From Patescibacteria group bacterium (lineage in GTDB: Bacteria; Patescibacteriota; Microgenomatia; UBA1400; CG1-02-47-37), in assembly GCA_038065055.1 (NCBI GenBank), contig JBBTRT010000004.1:13677-77676 (forward strand): a stretch of DNA of 64,000 nt, read 5' to 3'. The notes under the pieces were generated by a model. That model was given only the letters and a program-made list of their open reading frames with translations, had not been told where the DNA came from and did not search any database. This document shows, in pieces, positions 11,572 through 21,358 of this stretch. Both the position numbers and the translations under genes were made by a program. Position 1 is the first letter of the stretch. Each line of letters begins with the position of its first letter.

Positions 11572-12051
11572 ATGCCAAGAGTCAAAAAAGTCATCCACCG
11601 CCTTATCAAAGCCGATCCGCTTTTAAACAATCGCCAGATTGCTAAATTAATCAATAAAATTATGATTGATGGCAAAAAGTCCGTCGCTCAAAAACATGTC
11701 TATGCCACTTTGGAACAGATAAAAGTCAAAACCAAGCTGGATCCCTTGACTGTTTTGCGTCAGGCTTTGGACAACATTAAACCCAACATGGAAGTCCGCT
11801 CCCGCCGTGTTGGCGGCGCCGCCTACCAGGTACCGATGCCGGTTCGGGGGGATCGCCGCGACTCTTTAGGCGTGCGTTGGCTGATTGCCGCCGCTAAAAG
11901 TCGGCCTAACCGCGAATTTCATCATTTTTCCGAAAAATTAACCGCTGAAATTTTAGATGCCGCCAACAATCAAGGCGGCGCCGTGGACAAGAAAAATCAA
12001 ATCCACAAAATGGCCGAAGCCAACAAGGCTTTCAGTCATTTTCATTGGTAG
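11572..12051 (+). CDS. rpsG: 30S ribosomal protein S7
   Basis: EVRSRRVGGAAYQVP, MAEANKAF. Confidence 0.99.
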   Translation: MPRVKKVIHRLIKADPLLNNRQIAKLINKIMIDGKKSVAQKHVYATLEQIKVKTKLDPLTVLRQALDNIKPNMEVRSRRVGGAAYQVPMPVRGDRRDSLGVRWLIAAAKSRPNREFHHFSEKLTAEILDAANNQGGAVDKKNQIHKMAEANKAFSHFHW

Positions 12052-12114
12052 TATTGATATATCAACCCTTTTTGGCATTTAACTTCAATTTATTTTCGGG
12101 TAAAATTAGGTTAG

Positions 12115-12951
12115 ATGCAAATCTGCCAACAATGTCAAAAGGTTTTAAAATCAGGTCAGGAAAAATTTTGCTCGAAAAATTGTAAATCCGAGAGTCAAAA
12201 AAAGAGAATTATACTCAAGTGTTCTGGTTGTAATAAAGAAATTTCGATTTTACCCTGCTTAAAAAGAAAAGCAAATTATTGTTCGAGGGCTTGTTATTGG
12301 AATACTAATAACAAAAAGTTCCTTAAAAAATGTTCAATTTGCAAAAAAAGTTTTTTAGTCAAAAAATATTTAGTTGATCAAGGTTACGGAATTTATTGCA
12401 GTAGGAAATGTCTTAATAAAACGTATCCAAAAAAAATAATAAAAAAATGTCTTCAATGCGGTCTTATTCTTAAAATTCAACCATCAAAAAGCCCTCTTGT
12501 TAAATTTTGTAGCAAGGAATGCCATGATGATTATATGCGTGATTACGTTGAAAAAATTTGCCGAAATTGCCATCAAAAATTTAAACTTCCGCGCTGGGAA
12601 TTAAATAAAGGCAAAGGCAGCTTTTGCTGCCGTGATTGTTTTATCCAATATAAAGGTGAAACCACTATTGAGAAAAAAGTCCGCCAGGCTCTAGAAAAAA
12701 GTAATTTAAAATTTAAACAGGAGTTTAAAATCGGTATTTACCGGGCAGATTTTCTCATTCAAGGGAAGAAAATGATTATTGAATGTGACGGTGATTACTG
12801 GCATAAAATTCCGGGCGCCATAGACAGAGATTTGCGGAAAGACAAATATTTAACCAATTTGAGCTATAAAATAATCAGAATTACTGAAAGTCGTATTAGA
12901 AAGTTGTCGTTAAGCCAACTGACAAAGGAAATTTCGGGTAGAATCAATTAA
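12115..12951 (+). CDS. Multi-zinc-finger protein with C-terminal DUF559/Vsr-like endonuclease domain
   Basis: Five CxxC...[FY]C[SC]xxC repeats, then FKQEFKIGIYRADF, IECDGDYWH, DLRKDKYL; AT-rich. Confidence 0.8.
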   Translation: MQICQQCQKVLKSGQEKFCSKNCKSESQKKRIILKCSGCNKEISILPCLKRKANYCSRACYWNTNNKKFLKKCSICKKSFLVKKYLVDQGYGIYCSRKCLNKTYPKKIIKKCLQCGLILKIQPSKSPLVKFCSKECHDDYMRDYVEKICRNCHQKFKLPRWELNKGKGSFCCRDCFIQYKGETTIEKKVRQALEKSNLKFKQEFKIGIYRADFLIQGKKMIIECDGDYWHKIPGAIDRDLRKDKYLTNLSYKIIRITESRIRKLSLSQLTKEISGRIN

Positions 12952-13472
12952 TGAAAAAAATCGCTTTATTTTTTCAATCAAAATCTTTTAAAAAAATCAC
13001 CCTGGTTATCTCAGTTATATTTATTATTGCCAGTTTTTTTGTGGCCCTGGACCCGCGCCCGTTTTTGCGTTTTGGCTACTTAGGGATTTTTGTTTACAAT
13101 TTTTTTGGCACCGGTATTGTTCTCGTCCCGGTTTTTTCCCGCTACTATAATGTAATTTTAGTCGCTTTTTTTGCCGCCCTGGGCATGTCTCTAAACGACA
13201 CGGTTTCCTGGTATGCCGGCAAAACCGGCCAGATTATTTTACCTCCGAGCCCCAGAATGCTTCGGATTCATGACCAAATTACCCGTTACGGCCCTTGGGC
13301 GATCTTTTTTTGGGCTTTAATTCCGTTTCCGTTTGATATTATTGCCGTTGCCGCCGGCTATCTCCAACTGCCGTTTTGGCGCTTTTTAATTCCCATGTTT
13401 CTCGGCCGCTTTGTCCGCTTTATCCTCTTAGGCTCCGGCTCTATTGCCATTTGGGGAAAAATTCCTTTTTAA
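12951..13472 (+). CDS. VTT/DedA (YqaA-like) membrane protein
   Basis: Hydrophobic; ALIPFPFDIIAVAAG, FLGRFVRF. Confidence 0.8.
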   Translation: MKKIALFFQSKSFKKITLVISVIFIIASFFVALDPRPFLRFGYLGIFVYNFFGTGIVLVPVFSRYYNVILVAFFAALGMSLNDTVSWYAGKTGQIILPPSPRMLRIHDQITRYGPWAIFFWALIPFPFDIIAVAAGYLQLPFWRFLIPMFLGRFVRFILLGSGSIAIWGKIPF

Positions 13473-13528
13473 TCCTTGTTTTATTGTATGTCTTGAAAAA
13501 ATAATAAATCTTGCTATACTGCCATTTT

Positions 13529-13984
13529 ATGACTGATAAAACACAATCAAAAGTATTACTTCACGTTGAAGACTCTCAATCTCATTTGGAAATAGTTCAA
13601 GAGATAGCCAAGGAATTAAATTTGCGATTAATTCAGTTTTCAACAACTGATGGAGTAGAAGAAGCTATCAAAACTGGCGGAGTTAATTTTCTGTTAACCG
13701 ACCTTCATGTTGGTAGAGAAAGACAAGCCGGTTATGCAATTGCTCGGCTAGGAAGTGAGTGTGGAGTTAAATGGGTGATGATTGCTTCAGAATCAGAATC
13801 TCCCTCCCAAGTTGTTTCCGGAGTTAAAATGATGACTAAGGAAAATGCTTATCAAGCCTTGATTGCTAAAGTTGCCAGACAAGAAGAAGTTGCTGAGATT
13901 TGGGGGAAAATTAGAAAAGAACATTGGGCCGAATTTAACCAAGAATGGAATCGATCAATAATCAGGGCAGAGTCGGAAATTTAA
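13529..13984 (+). CDS. Orphan CheY-like receiver domain protein
   Basis: VLLHVEDS, LLTDLH (phospho-Asp position), MIAS, MTK; ATG 13529 follows a TGn-TATACT box. Confidence 0.6.
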   Translation: MTDKTQSKVLLHVEDSQSHLEIVQEIAKELNLRLIQFSTTDGVEEAIKTGGVNFLLTDLHVGRERQAGYAIARLGSECGVKWVMIASESESPSQVVSGVKMMTKENAYQALIAKVARQEEVAEIWGKIRKEHWAEFNQEWNRSIIRAESEI

Positions 13985-14035
13985 TTGATCTAGTAATTCA
14001 TTGACTAATAATTTTTTTACGCTCATAATTAATTT

Positions 14036-14509
14036 ATGTTAAAACTTCTGCTCGTGGTTTTAAGTTTCTTTTTCCTCAGTGTCACTTCAGTCTTCGCTTC
14101 CGGTTTTCAGTTAAAAGCCATCGGCGCTCTGGACGTTACCGGCGCGGTTTCCAAAGAATGGTGGTATTCCACCGCTAATCCGCGCTTGTCCGGTATCACT
14201 CCGGTCGGTTCGGCCGTGACCGTAAAAATCGACGGTACCGATAATTCCGCCACCGTCGACGGTTCCGGTAATTGGACTTATTCGCCTACAACCTTAACCA
14301 ACGGCGACCACGCTCTCGTTATTAGTTCAACCGCCGGTTCCAAAACCTTTACCCTTCATATTGGCACTGTTCCCGCCACGGTTACGGCCCCGGTTACCTC
14401 GTCCACTCCGGTCGTCGGCACTCGGGAGGTCACCCTCGCCCTCTGGCTCGGCGCCGGCGTCTTCCTTGTTTCCGGCATTCTGCTTTACCCCGGTAAACAA
14501 TCCGCCTAA
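14036..14509 (+). CDS. Secreted Ig-like domain protein with C-terminal sorting-signal-like tail
   Basis: Signal peptide; PRLSG, ATVDGSGNWTYSP, LTNGDH Big-like motifs; TPVVG + TM at C-terminus. Confidence 0.7.
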   Translation: MLKLLLVVLSFFFLSVTSVFASGFQLKAIGALDVTGAVSKEWWYSTANPRLSGITPVGSAVTVKIDGTDNSATVDGSGNWTYSPTTLTNGDHALVISSTAGSKTFTLHIGTVPATVTAPVTSSTPVVGTREVTLALWLGAGVFLVSGILLYPGKQSA

Positions 14510-14512
14510 CCC

Positions 14513-15172
14513 ATGGATCAATCAACCAATACACTACCAGTAGCGTCTCCCCAAAAACCTTTCCCTAAATGGCCGTTTATTGCCATTTTTTCTTTTCTCC
14601 TCGGCATCGCCTCGGTCTTTGCCTACCAAAAGTTACAGCCTTCAAGGATAATCCCTGAAGGTCCGTCACTGAGCCCCTCGGCTGTTTTACCGTTACCCTC
14701 AGTTGATCCCACCGCCAACTGGAAAACGTATACCAATACTACATATAAATTAGCATTTAAGTACCCTCAGAATTTCAAATTTGAAGAAACAACTCTAGGT
14801 TTTCCTAATGTTGAGTGGACAGGAAGTATTACTAATCCTAAAAATATAGTTAGCCAAAATACTAAAATATGGGATATCTTAGGTATTAGTATAGCAGTTC
14901 GTGGGAAAAGGGGTTTACTTTTTGAAGAATGGATTAAAGATGAATGTCCAACTGATTTAAAAGATATGTCTGAATTTAATATTGGAAATAAGGCAGCAAA
15001 AATATTTGTTTGTTCAATAGGTAGTACCGATGTTGAAAAAATTGATTGGAAGATAGTAGCTATTGATAACGGAACTTATATTTATACATTATCCAATAAT
15101 GGATACAATCGAAATGTAGAATTGGATAAAATCTTTAATCTCATCCTCTCCACCTTTAAATTCACCGATTAA
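14513..15172 (+). CDS. Membrane-anchored PsbP-like surface protein (CPR family), paralog 1
   Basis: TM, Pro/Ser stalk, WKTYTNTTYKLAFKYP ... FNLILSTFKF. Confidence 0.7.
   Translation: MDQSTNTLPVASPQKPFPKWPFIAIFSFLLGIASVFAYQKLQPSRIIPEGPSLSPSAVLPLPSVDPTANWKTYTNTTYKLAFKYPQNFKFEETTLGFPNVEWTGSITNPKNIVSQNTKIWDILGISIAVRGKRGLLFEEWIKDECPTDLKDMSEFNIGNKAAKIFVCSIGSTDVEKIDWKIVAIDNGTYIYTLSNNGYNRNVELDKIFNLILSTFKFTD
14639..14661. repeat. Hairpin element family C in PsbP-like stalk
   Basis: CCTTCAAGGAT-A-ATCCCTGAAGG. Confidence 0.6.
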
Positions 15173-15186
15173 TGTATAATTAACCT

Positions 15187-15456
15187 ATGAATAAAACCAT
15201 GACACCGGTCTTGCGTTATAATGCTGTTTTTGAATCCTGCGACGAAGGGGGGTTTACTGTAACTGTTCCCAAACTTCCTGGTTTGGTAACTGAGGGCAAT
15301 ACTTACGAAAAAGCTTTAGCCAACGTTCAAGACGCCATTGCCGGCTATTTATTGGTTTTAAATGAAGCTGGCGAAGATTTGCCCGATCCTGATGAAAAAG
15401 TTTTTACTACGCCGGTTGATTTTAAATTTACCGGCGCCGGTTTTGCGGTTTGTTAA
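15187..15456 (+). CDS. hicB: HicB family antitoxin
   Basis: EGGFTVTVPKLPGLVTEGNTYEKALANVQDAI. Confidence 0.9.
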   Translation: MNKTMTPVLRYNAVFESCDEGGFTVTVPKLPGLVTEGNTYEKALANVQDAIAGYLLVLNEAGEDLPDPDEKVFTTPVDFKFTGAGFAVC

Positions 15457-15459
15457 TTT

Positions 15460-15666
15460 ATGCCTAAACTGCCCGTTTTGAAACCTAAAGCCATGGTTAA
15501 ATTTCTCCAGCAAAACGGTTTCCAACCACTTCGTCAAATTGGTAGTCACCTGCATTTATATCATCAAGAGTTTAAGCTTCGTGTTACCGTACCGATGCAT
15601 AATAAAGACTTAAAAAGAAAAACTCTTATTAGTATTTTCCGTCAGGCTAAGATAAAATATAACTAA
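15460..15666 (+). CDS. hicA: HicA family toxin
   Basis: GFQPLRQIGSH, VTVPMHNKDL. Confidence 0.9.
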   Translation: MPKLPVLKPKAMVKFLQQNGFQPLRQIGSHLHLYHQEFKLRVTVPMHNKDLKRKTLISIFRQAKIKYN

Positions 15667-15669
15667 CCC

Positions 15670-16533
15670 ATGGATCAACCAGTTTCTGTCCCACCAATTT
15701 CAGCCTCACCTTCTGCCACTCCCGCACCCCCCAAAAAATCTTACAAGTGGTTAATAATATCAATAATTGCTTTTCTTCTGGCCTCCGCCTCGGTTTTTGG
15801 CTATAAATACTACCAAGTAAAACAACAAGTAGCACAACCTCAAGCTTCACCGGCAATAAGTCCGAGCCCGTCTGTCGCCGCCGTTATTGCCCCGGATGAC
15901 CCTTTTGCCGGTTGGCTAACCTACACCAATTCTGTTCACCACCTCAGTTTTAAATATCCTGACACCTGGCAAATAGATAAAACCAGTGATTCCGAAGCAA
16001 TCAATGCCGCCCTGACTTTAACTAAAGCCGACGCCAAAATTAAAATGAATTTCAAGATGGACGGTATCGGCGGCCAAGGCGAAACTCTCGCCGGCAAACC
16101 GTTTATTTTAGACGGCCATAATCTGTATCGCTATGAAGCCGAGAATACTTACTCCAACACTCAAATTATTGGTATTACTGATCAACTCACTGACAGTCTT
16201 GGCTTTTTTAAAATCAATAACGCCACCTATTCCCTGGCCTTAAATTATCCCAGCAGCTATTTCCAAACTCCTTACGGCGCCACTTTAGTCGAGGAGTTTA
16301 TCCTAATCCTCTCAACCTTCAAATTTTTAGGTACAGATACCGGAGCGTGCCAACCTACCTTTCCGGTAGAAACCAATGCTCAGGAAATGACCGCCAGTCA
16401 AAATTATGCGCTTGAATGTACTTTAAAAAAGACAGCCGTGGATTGTCTGTCTGTCGATATTTATAACCGTCAAACCAAAGATTTTTCCCAGCCTGACGGC
16501 GAACCAGACTGCCGCTGGACAAATAGCCTCTAA
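15670..16533 (+). CDS. Membrane-anchored PsbP-like surface protein, paralog 2, with Cys-rich C-terminal extension
   Basis: TM, stalk, WLTYTNSVHHLSFKYP ... LILSTFKF, then 4-Cys tail. Confidence 0.7.
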   Translation: MDQPVSVPPISASPSATPAPPKKSYKWLIISIIAFLLASASVFGYKYYQVKQQVAQPQASPAISPSPSVAAVIAPDDPFAGWLTYTNSVHHLSFKYPDTWQIDKTSDSEAINAALTLTKADAKIKMNFKMDGIGGQGETLAGKPFILDGHNLYRYEAENTYSNTQIIGITDQLTDSLGFFKINNATYSLALNYPSSYFQTPYGATLVEEFILILSTFKFLGTDTGACQPTFPVETNAQEMTASQNYALECTLKKTAVDCLSVDIYNRQTKDFSQPDGEPDCRWTNSL

Positions 16534-16534
16534 A

Positions 16535-16975
16535 TTAATCGTTTAGCAACGCTACAATTTTAACCTCTTTTACCGTTTGCTCATTCTCCTTAATTCTTAA
16601 TTCTACCGATTGACCAGCTTCGCTAAACTTAAATTTTGCCCTGCCGCCAGGGTTTACTGCCTGTCCCGGAGATACAACCACTCCTTGATCAGTGGTATAT
16701 TCATTATCACCCCACAGTATTTTATTGTCTTCTTGCCAAACTTCGACTTCATTGCCAGAATCACTGGTAATAGCAATGCCATTAGTCAATCCTAACTGAG
16801 TGAAAAAAATCCTATTTTTACCGGATTCCCAAAGGTCAACATCACTATCAGGCCAACCAGTAGTTGTTAATGGATGTTCTGTCCAGTCTCGCCTTCCTTC
16901 CCGCTCTTTACCATGCTCATAATAAAAATCTCTGCTTCGGGCAGAGACAAGCTTAATATACCGCGCTCTCGACAA
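16535..16975 (-). CDS. Hypothetical protein (start uncertain, possible 5' frameshift)
   Basis: 146-codon ORF filling the gap; only a TTG start, which lies inside the predicted promoter. Confidence 0.5.
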   Translation of the reverse strand: MSRARYIKLVSARSRDFYYEHGKEREGRRDWTEHPLTTTGWPDSDVDLWESGKNRIFFTQLGLTNGIAITSDSGNEVEVWQEDNKILWGDNEYTTDQGVVVSPGQAVNPGGRAKFKFSEAGQSVELRIKENEQTVKEVKIVALLND

Positions 16976-16989
16976 AAGTCAAGGGGTTG

Positions 16990-17040
16990 TGGTACAATTC
17001 TTCCATCTAAGCTCAAACTGCTTGAGAGGGCAGTTTTTTA
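16990..17040 (+). promoter_or_regulatory. fusA promoter (extended -10) and leader hairpin
   Basis: TGG-TACAAT at 16990-16998; AAACTGC...GCAGTTT hairpin at 17015-17036 followed by a T run. Confidence 0.5.
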
Positions 17041-17049
17041 TTTGTAAAA

Positions 17050-19188
17050 ATGACTGACCAATCGGTAACTTCCAAAAAACGCCACGTCCCTCTGGATAAA
17101 ATCCGGAACATCGGCATTATTGCCCACATCGATGCCGGGAAAACCACCACCACCGAGCGGATTTTGTTTTATACCGGCAAGTCCTACAAAATCGGGGATA
17201 TCGATGCCGGTACTACCCAGATGGACTGGATGGAACAGGAAAAAGAGCGGGGTATTACTATTGTTTCTGCCGCCACCACCGCTTTTTGGACCCCGACCAT
17301 GCCCGGCGCTGTCGAACCGGTTGAGCACCGCATTAACATTATCGATACTCCCGGTCATGTTGACTTTACCGCCGAAGTCGAGCGTTCCCTCCGCGTTTTA
17401 GACGGCGGTATTACGGTTTTGGATGCCGAAGAAGGCGTTCAATCCCAATCCGAAACCGTCTGGCATCAGGCCGATAAATACAATGTTCCCCGCCTTTGTT
17501 TTGTCAATAAAATGGATAAATTAGGCGCTGACTTCCTGGCGACCGTCCAGGATATTAAAGAACGCCTCGGTGCCAACCCGGCCATCATGGCCCTGCCGAT
17601 CGGGTCAGAATCTTCTTTTAAAGGCGTCGTTTTACTCTTGGATCAAAAAGCTCTGGTTTGGAAAGGCGACGAAACCGGCGCCAAATACGAAGCAGTCGCG
17701 ATTCCCGAAGACATGGCCAATGAGGTAAAAGAGTACCGCGCCAAATTAATCGAACAAATTTCCGAGCACGACGATGTTTTGCTCCAGCAATTTTTAGACG
17801 GCCAGGAGCCGGACTTAAAAGCTTTAAAACTGGCTTTAAGAAAAGCCGTCATTGCCTACAAATTAGTCCCGATTTTTTGCGGCAGTTCTTTAAGGAATAA
17901 AGGCGTTCAGCCCTTATTGGATGCCGTTGTCGATTATCTTCCCAGCCCGGTGGATATCACCGATGTTGTCGGCACCAATCCCAAGACCCAGGCTGAAGAA
18001 ACCCGTTCTCACGGTGAAGATTCGCCTTTTTCCGGCCTCGCCTTCAAAGTTCAAACCGACCCTCATGTGGGCCGGTTAACCTATGTGCGGATTTACTCCG
18101 GCACTTTGAAATCCGGCAGTTATGTTTTAAACGCCGCTAAAAATGCCAAAGAACGCGTCGGCCGTTTGCTTTTAATGCACGCCAATAACCGCGAAGAAAT
18201 CAGCGAAGCTTTTGCCGGTGAAATTGTCGCTATTGTTGGTTTGAAACAAACCACCACCGGCGACACTCTATGCGTTGATACCCACCCGATTGTTCTCGAA
18301 GGCATTTCCTTTACCGACCCGGTTATTTCCTTAGCCATCGAGCCCAAAACTAAATCCGACCAGGAAAAAATGGGTTTTGCCCTCAATCGCTTGTCTGAAG
18401 AAGACCCGACTTTTACCATTAAATCCAATCCCGAAACCGGCCAGACTATCATTTCCGGCATGGGCGAACTGCATTTGGATATTATTGTTGACCGGATGAA
18501 GCGCGAATTTCATGTCGAGGCCAACACCGGCCAGCCTCAGGTAGCCTACAAAGAAACCATCAAGAAAATTGCCAAAGCTGAAGGTAAGTATATTCGCCAG
18601 ACCGGCGGTCACGGCCAATATGGCCACTGTTTCTTAAGAATTGAACCGCGGGCTAGGGGCGAGGGTTACGAATTTGCCTCCGAAGTTACCGGCGGCCGCA
18701 TTCCGCGAGAATTTATTTCCCCGATTGAAAAAGGCGCCCGCGAAGCCATGGAAAACGGCGTTGTTGCCGGTTTCCCCTTGGTGGATATGAAAGTGATTGT
18801 TACCGACGGCTCTTACCACGACGTTGACTCCTCGGAAATTGCTTTCAAAATTGCCGGTTCCATGGCCTTGCAGTCAGCTGTCAAACAAGCCGACCCGGTT
18901 CTGTTAGAGCCGATTATGAAAGCCGAAGTTTCCACCCCGGATGAGTTTATGGGCGAAGTTATCGGCGATCTTTCCAGCAAGCGCGCCCAGATTTTAGGTA
19001 CCAGTAAGCGCGGTAAAATGACTATCATTACCGCCCTTGTCCCCTTGGCAGAATTGACTCAGTATGTTACTATCTTGAGGTCCATGACTCAAGGCCGGGC
19101 GAGCTTTTACATGGAGCCAAGTCATTATCAAGAGGTTCCGGCCAATATTACCGCCCAAATTATTGCTAAAACTAAGCCAACAGAGTAA
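17050..19188 (+). CDS. fusA: Elongation factor G
   Basis: [36 protein letters not shown]. Confidence 0.99.
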   Translation: MTDQSVTSKKRHVPLDKIRNIGIIAHIDAGKTTTTERILFYTGKSYKIGDIDAGTTQMDWMEQEKERGITIVSAATTAFWTPTMPGAVEPVEHRINIIDTPGHVDFTAEVERSLRVLDGGITVLDAEEGVQSQSETVWHQADKYNVPRLCFVNKMDKLGADFLATVQDIKERLGANPAIMALPIGSESSFKGVVLLLDQKALVWKGDETGAKYEAVAIPEDMANEVKEYRAKLIEQISEHDDVLLQQFLDGQEPDLKALKLALRKAVIAYKLVPIFCGSSLRNKGVQPLLDAVVDYLPSPVDITDVVGTNPKTQAEETRSHGEDSPFSGLAFKVQTDPHVGRLTYVRIYSGTLKSGSYVLNAAKNAKERVGRLLLMHANNREEISEAFAGEIVAIVGLKQTTTGDTLCVDTHPIVLEGISFTDPVISLAIEPKTKSDQEKMGFALNRLSEEDPTFTIKSNPETGQTIISGMGELHLDIIVDRMKREFHVEANTGQPQVAYKETIKKIAKAEGKYIRQTGGHGQYGHCFLRIEPRARGEGYEFASEVTGGRIPREFISPIEKGAREAMENGVVAGFPLVDMKVIVTDGSYHDVDSSEIAFKIAGSMALQSAVKQADPVLLEPIMKAEVSTPDEFMGEVIGDLSSKRAQILGTSKRGKMTIITALVPLAELTQYVTILRSMTQGRASFYMEPSHYQEVPANITAQIIAKTKPTE

Positions 19189-19231
19189 AATATGAATCAA
19201 GTAAAAAATAATTAAATTAAAAGGAGACAAA

Positions 19232-20410
19232 ATGGCAACTTTTCAAAGAACCAAGCCCCATCTTAATATCGGCACCATCGGTCACGTCGATCACGGCAAG
19301 ACCACTTTATCGGCCGCTATTACCCAATATTTATCCAAGAAAAACATGGCCACGGCCATGAAATTCGAGGATATTGATAAATCCCCCGAAGAAAAAGCCC
19401 GCGGGATCACGATTTCCATTACTCATTTGGAATACGAAACCGCCAAACGGCACTATGCCCACATCGACTGTCCGGGCCACAAAGACTACATCAAGAACAT
19501 GATTACCGGCGCCGCCCAAATGGATGGCGCGATCTTGGTGGTGGCCGCGACCGACGGTCCGATGCCGCAGACCCGCGAGCACATTTTATTGGCCCGCCAG
19601 GTCAACGTTCCGGCCTTGGTCGTGTTTTTAAACAAATGCGACAGCGTCGACGACAAAGAAATGATCGATTTGGTCGAAGAGGAAATTCGCGAGCTCTTAA
19701 CCAAATATGAATTTCCCGGCAAAGACATCCCGATCATCCGCGGCAGCGCCCTCAAAGCCCTTCAGGGTGATGCCGAGGCCGAGAAATCCATCGAGGCCTT
19801 ATTGAAAGCCATCGATGACTATATTCCCGAGCCGAAACGTGATTTGGACAAGCCGTTCTTAATGGCTGTCGAAGACGTTTTCTCGATTAAAGGTCGGGGT
19901 ACGGTTGTCACCGGTCGTATCGATCGCGGCAAAATTAAAGTCGGCGAAGAAATCGAAATCGTCGGCCTTAAAGCCGCCCGTAAATCCGTGGTTACCGGCG
20001 TCGAGATGTTTCGGAAACAGCTCGATGAAGGTTTAGCCGGGGATAACGTCGGCATTCTTTTGCGCGGCATTGAAAAAGATGATGTCGAGCGCGGTCAGGT
20101 TTTAGCCAAAGCCGGCAGCGTTACCGCTCACACCGAGTTTAGCGCCGAAGTCTACATTCTTTCCAAAGAAGAAGGCGGCCGGCATACTCCTTTCTTTACC
20201 GGGTATAAGCCCCAATTTTACATCCGCACGACCGATGTGACCGGTGAAGTCACCTTGGAAAAGGGTGTCGAAATGGTGATGCCGGGAGACAGCGCTAAAA
20301 TGACCGCCAAGTTAACCCAGCCGGTGGCTCTTGAAGAGGGCTTGCGGTTTGCTATCCGCGAAGGCGGTTTGACGGTTGGCGCCGGTGTGATCACTAAAAT
20401 TATTAAGTAA
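19232..20410 (+). CDS. tuf: Elongation factor Tu
   Basis: [22 protein letters not shown]; SD AAAGGAG. Confidence 0.99.
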   Translation: MATFQRTKPHLNIGTIGHVDHGKTTLSAAITQYLSKKNMATAMKFEDIDKSPEEKARGITISITHLEYETAKRHYAHIDCPGHKDYIKNMITGAAQMDGAILVVAATDGPMPQTREHILLARQVNVPALVVFLNKCDSVDDKEMIDLVEEEIRELLTKYEFPGKDIPIIRGSALKALQGDAEAEKSIEALLKAIDDYIPEPKRDLDKPFLMAVEDVFSIKGRGTVVTGRIDRGKIKVGEEIEIVGLKAARKSVVTGVEMFRKQLDEGLAGDNVGILLRGIEKDDVERGQVLAKAGSVTAHTEFSAEVYILSKEEGGRHTPFFTGYKPQFYIRTTDVTGEVTLEKGVEMVMPGDSAKMTAKLTQPVALEEGLRFAIREGGLTVGAGVITKIIK

Positions 20411-20437
20411 TAAAGTTAGCCAATTTAATTAAAAGTA

Positions 20438-20461
20438 CCCTTCGGCTTTAGGGTCGAAGGG
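20438..20461 (+). other. Hairpin between tuf and rpsJ overlapping an SD-like GGGGAG
   Basis: CCCTTCGGCT-TTAG-GGTCGAAGGG. Confidence 0.55.
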
Positions 20462-20471
20462 GAGATATTTT

Positions 20472-20780
20472 ATGCCAAAAGGCAGAATTAGAATCAGATT
20501 AAAATCATATGATCACCGGATCATTGATGAATGTTGCCAAAAAATTCTGGACACGGCTCTATCTACCGGTTCCAAAGTGGTCGGCCCGGTGCCTTTGCCC
20601 ACTAGCCGTAAATTAGTGGTTGTCACCAGCAGCCCGCACGCGAATAAAAATGCCCGGGAGCATTTTCAACTGCTGACCCATAAACGCCTGGTTGATATTA
20701 TTGACGCAACCGATAAAACCATCGATTCGCTGATGCACCTGGAATTGCCCGCCGGCGTTGGTATTGAAATTAGGATGTAA
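20472..20780 (+). CDS. rpsJ: 30S ribosomal protein S10
   Basis: RIRLKSYDHR, GPVPLPT, THKRLVDI. Confidence 0.98.
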   Translation: MPKGRIRIRLKSYDHRIIDECCQKILDTALSTGSKVVGPVPLPTSRKLVVVTSSPHANKNAREHFQLLTHKRLVDIIDATDKTIDSLMHLELPAGVGIEIRM

Positions 20781-20785
20781 CCTCT

Positions 20786-21358
20786 ATGTTAGACACTTTT
20801 TACGCTGTTAAAATTAACACTACCCAAACCTTTGATTCCAAGGGGAAACGTTTGGCAATCACCCGGCTGAAGGCTTCGCCTTTAACCGTGGCCCAGGTCA
20901 AAACCAAAGCTAAAGACGGCTACCATGCCCTTAAATGCAGTTTTCCTAAAACCCTCAAAAAATCTTATCTTAAAGAAATTATTTTAGCTGATCTTCCCAC
21001 CCAAAAAACCGGCGACACCATCAAGGTCGCCGATATTTTTAAACCCGGCGATAGCCTTAAGGCCTCCGGTTTATCCATTGGCCGCGGTTTTAGCGGCGCT
21101 ATGAAACGCCATGGTTTTCACGGCGGCCCTAAAACTCATGGCCAGTCTGACCGCCAGCGTTCGCCCGGCTCCATCGGTATGCGGACCACTCCCGGCCGCG
21201 TCTGGAAAGGCCATCGCATGGCCGGCCACTACGGCCATGAAACCAAAACTATTATGAATTTATTGGTTTTCAATATTGACGAAGCAAAATCTATTTTAAC
21301 TGTCATTGGGACGGTTCCCGGTTCCCGCAACACCTTAATTAAATTATGTTTAAACTAA
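20786..21358 (+). CDS. rplC: 50S ribosomal protein L3 (short form)
   Basis: GRGFSGAMKRHGF, THGQSDRQRSPGSIG, PGRVWKG. Confidence 0.97.
   Translation: MLDTFYAVKINTTQTFDSKGKRLAITRLKASPLTVAQVKTKAKDGYHALKCSFPKTLKKSYLKEIILADLPTQKTGDTIKVADIFKPGDSLKASGLSIGRGFSGAMKRHGFHGGPKTHGQSDRQRSPGSIGMRTTPGRVWKGHRMAGHYGHETKTIMNLLVFNIDEAKSILTVIGTVPGSRNTLIKLCLN

Noticed and set aside
12052-12951. Group I intron in rpsG carrying the endonuclease
   Set aside because: rpsG ends normally (AFSHFHW-stop) and only 63 nt precede the ORF, leaving no room for a ribozyme core
14513-16533. Diversity-generating retroelement target
   Set aside because: No reverse transcriptase and no TR/VR pair differing at adenines seen in this window
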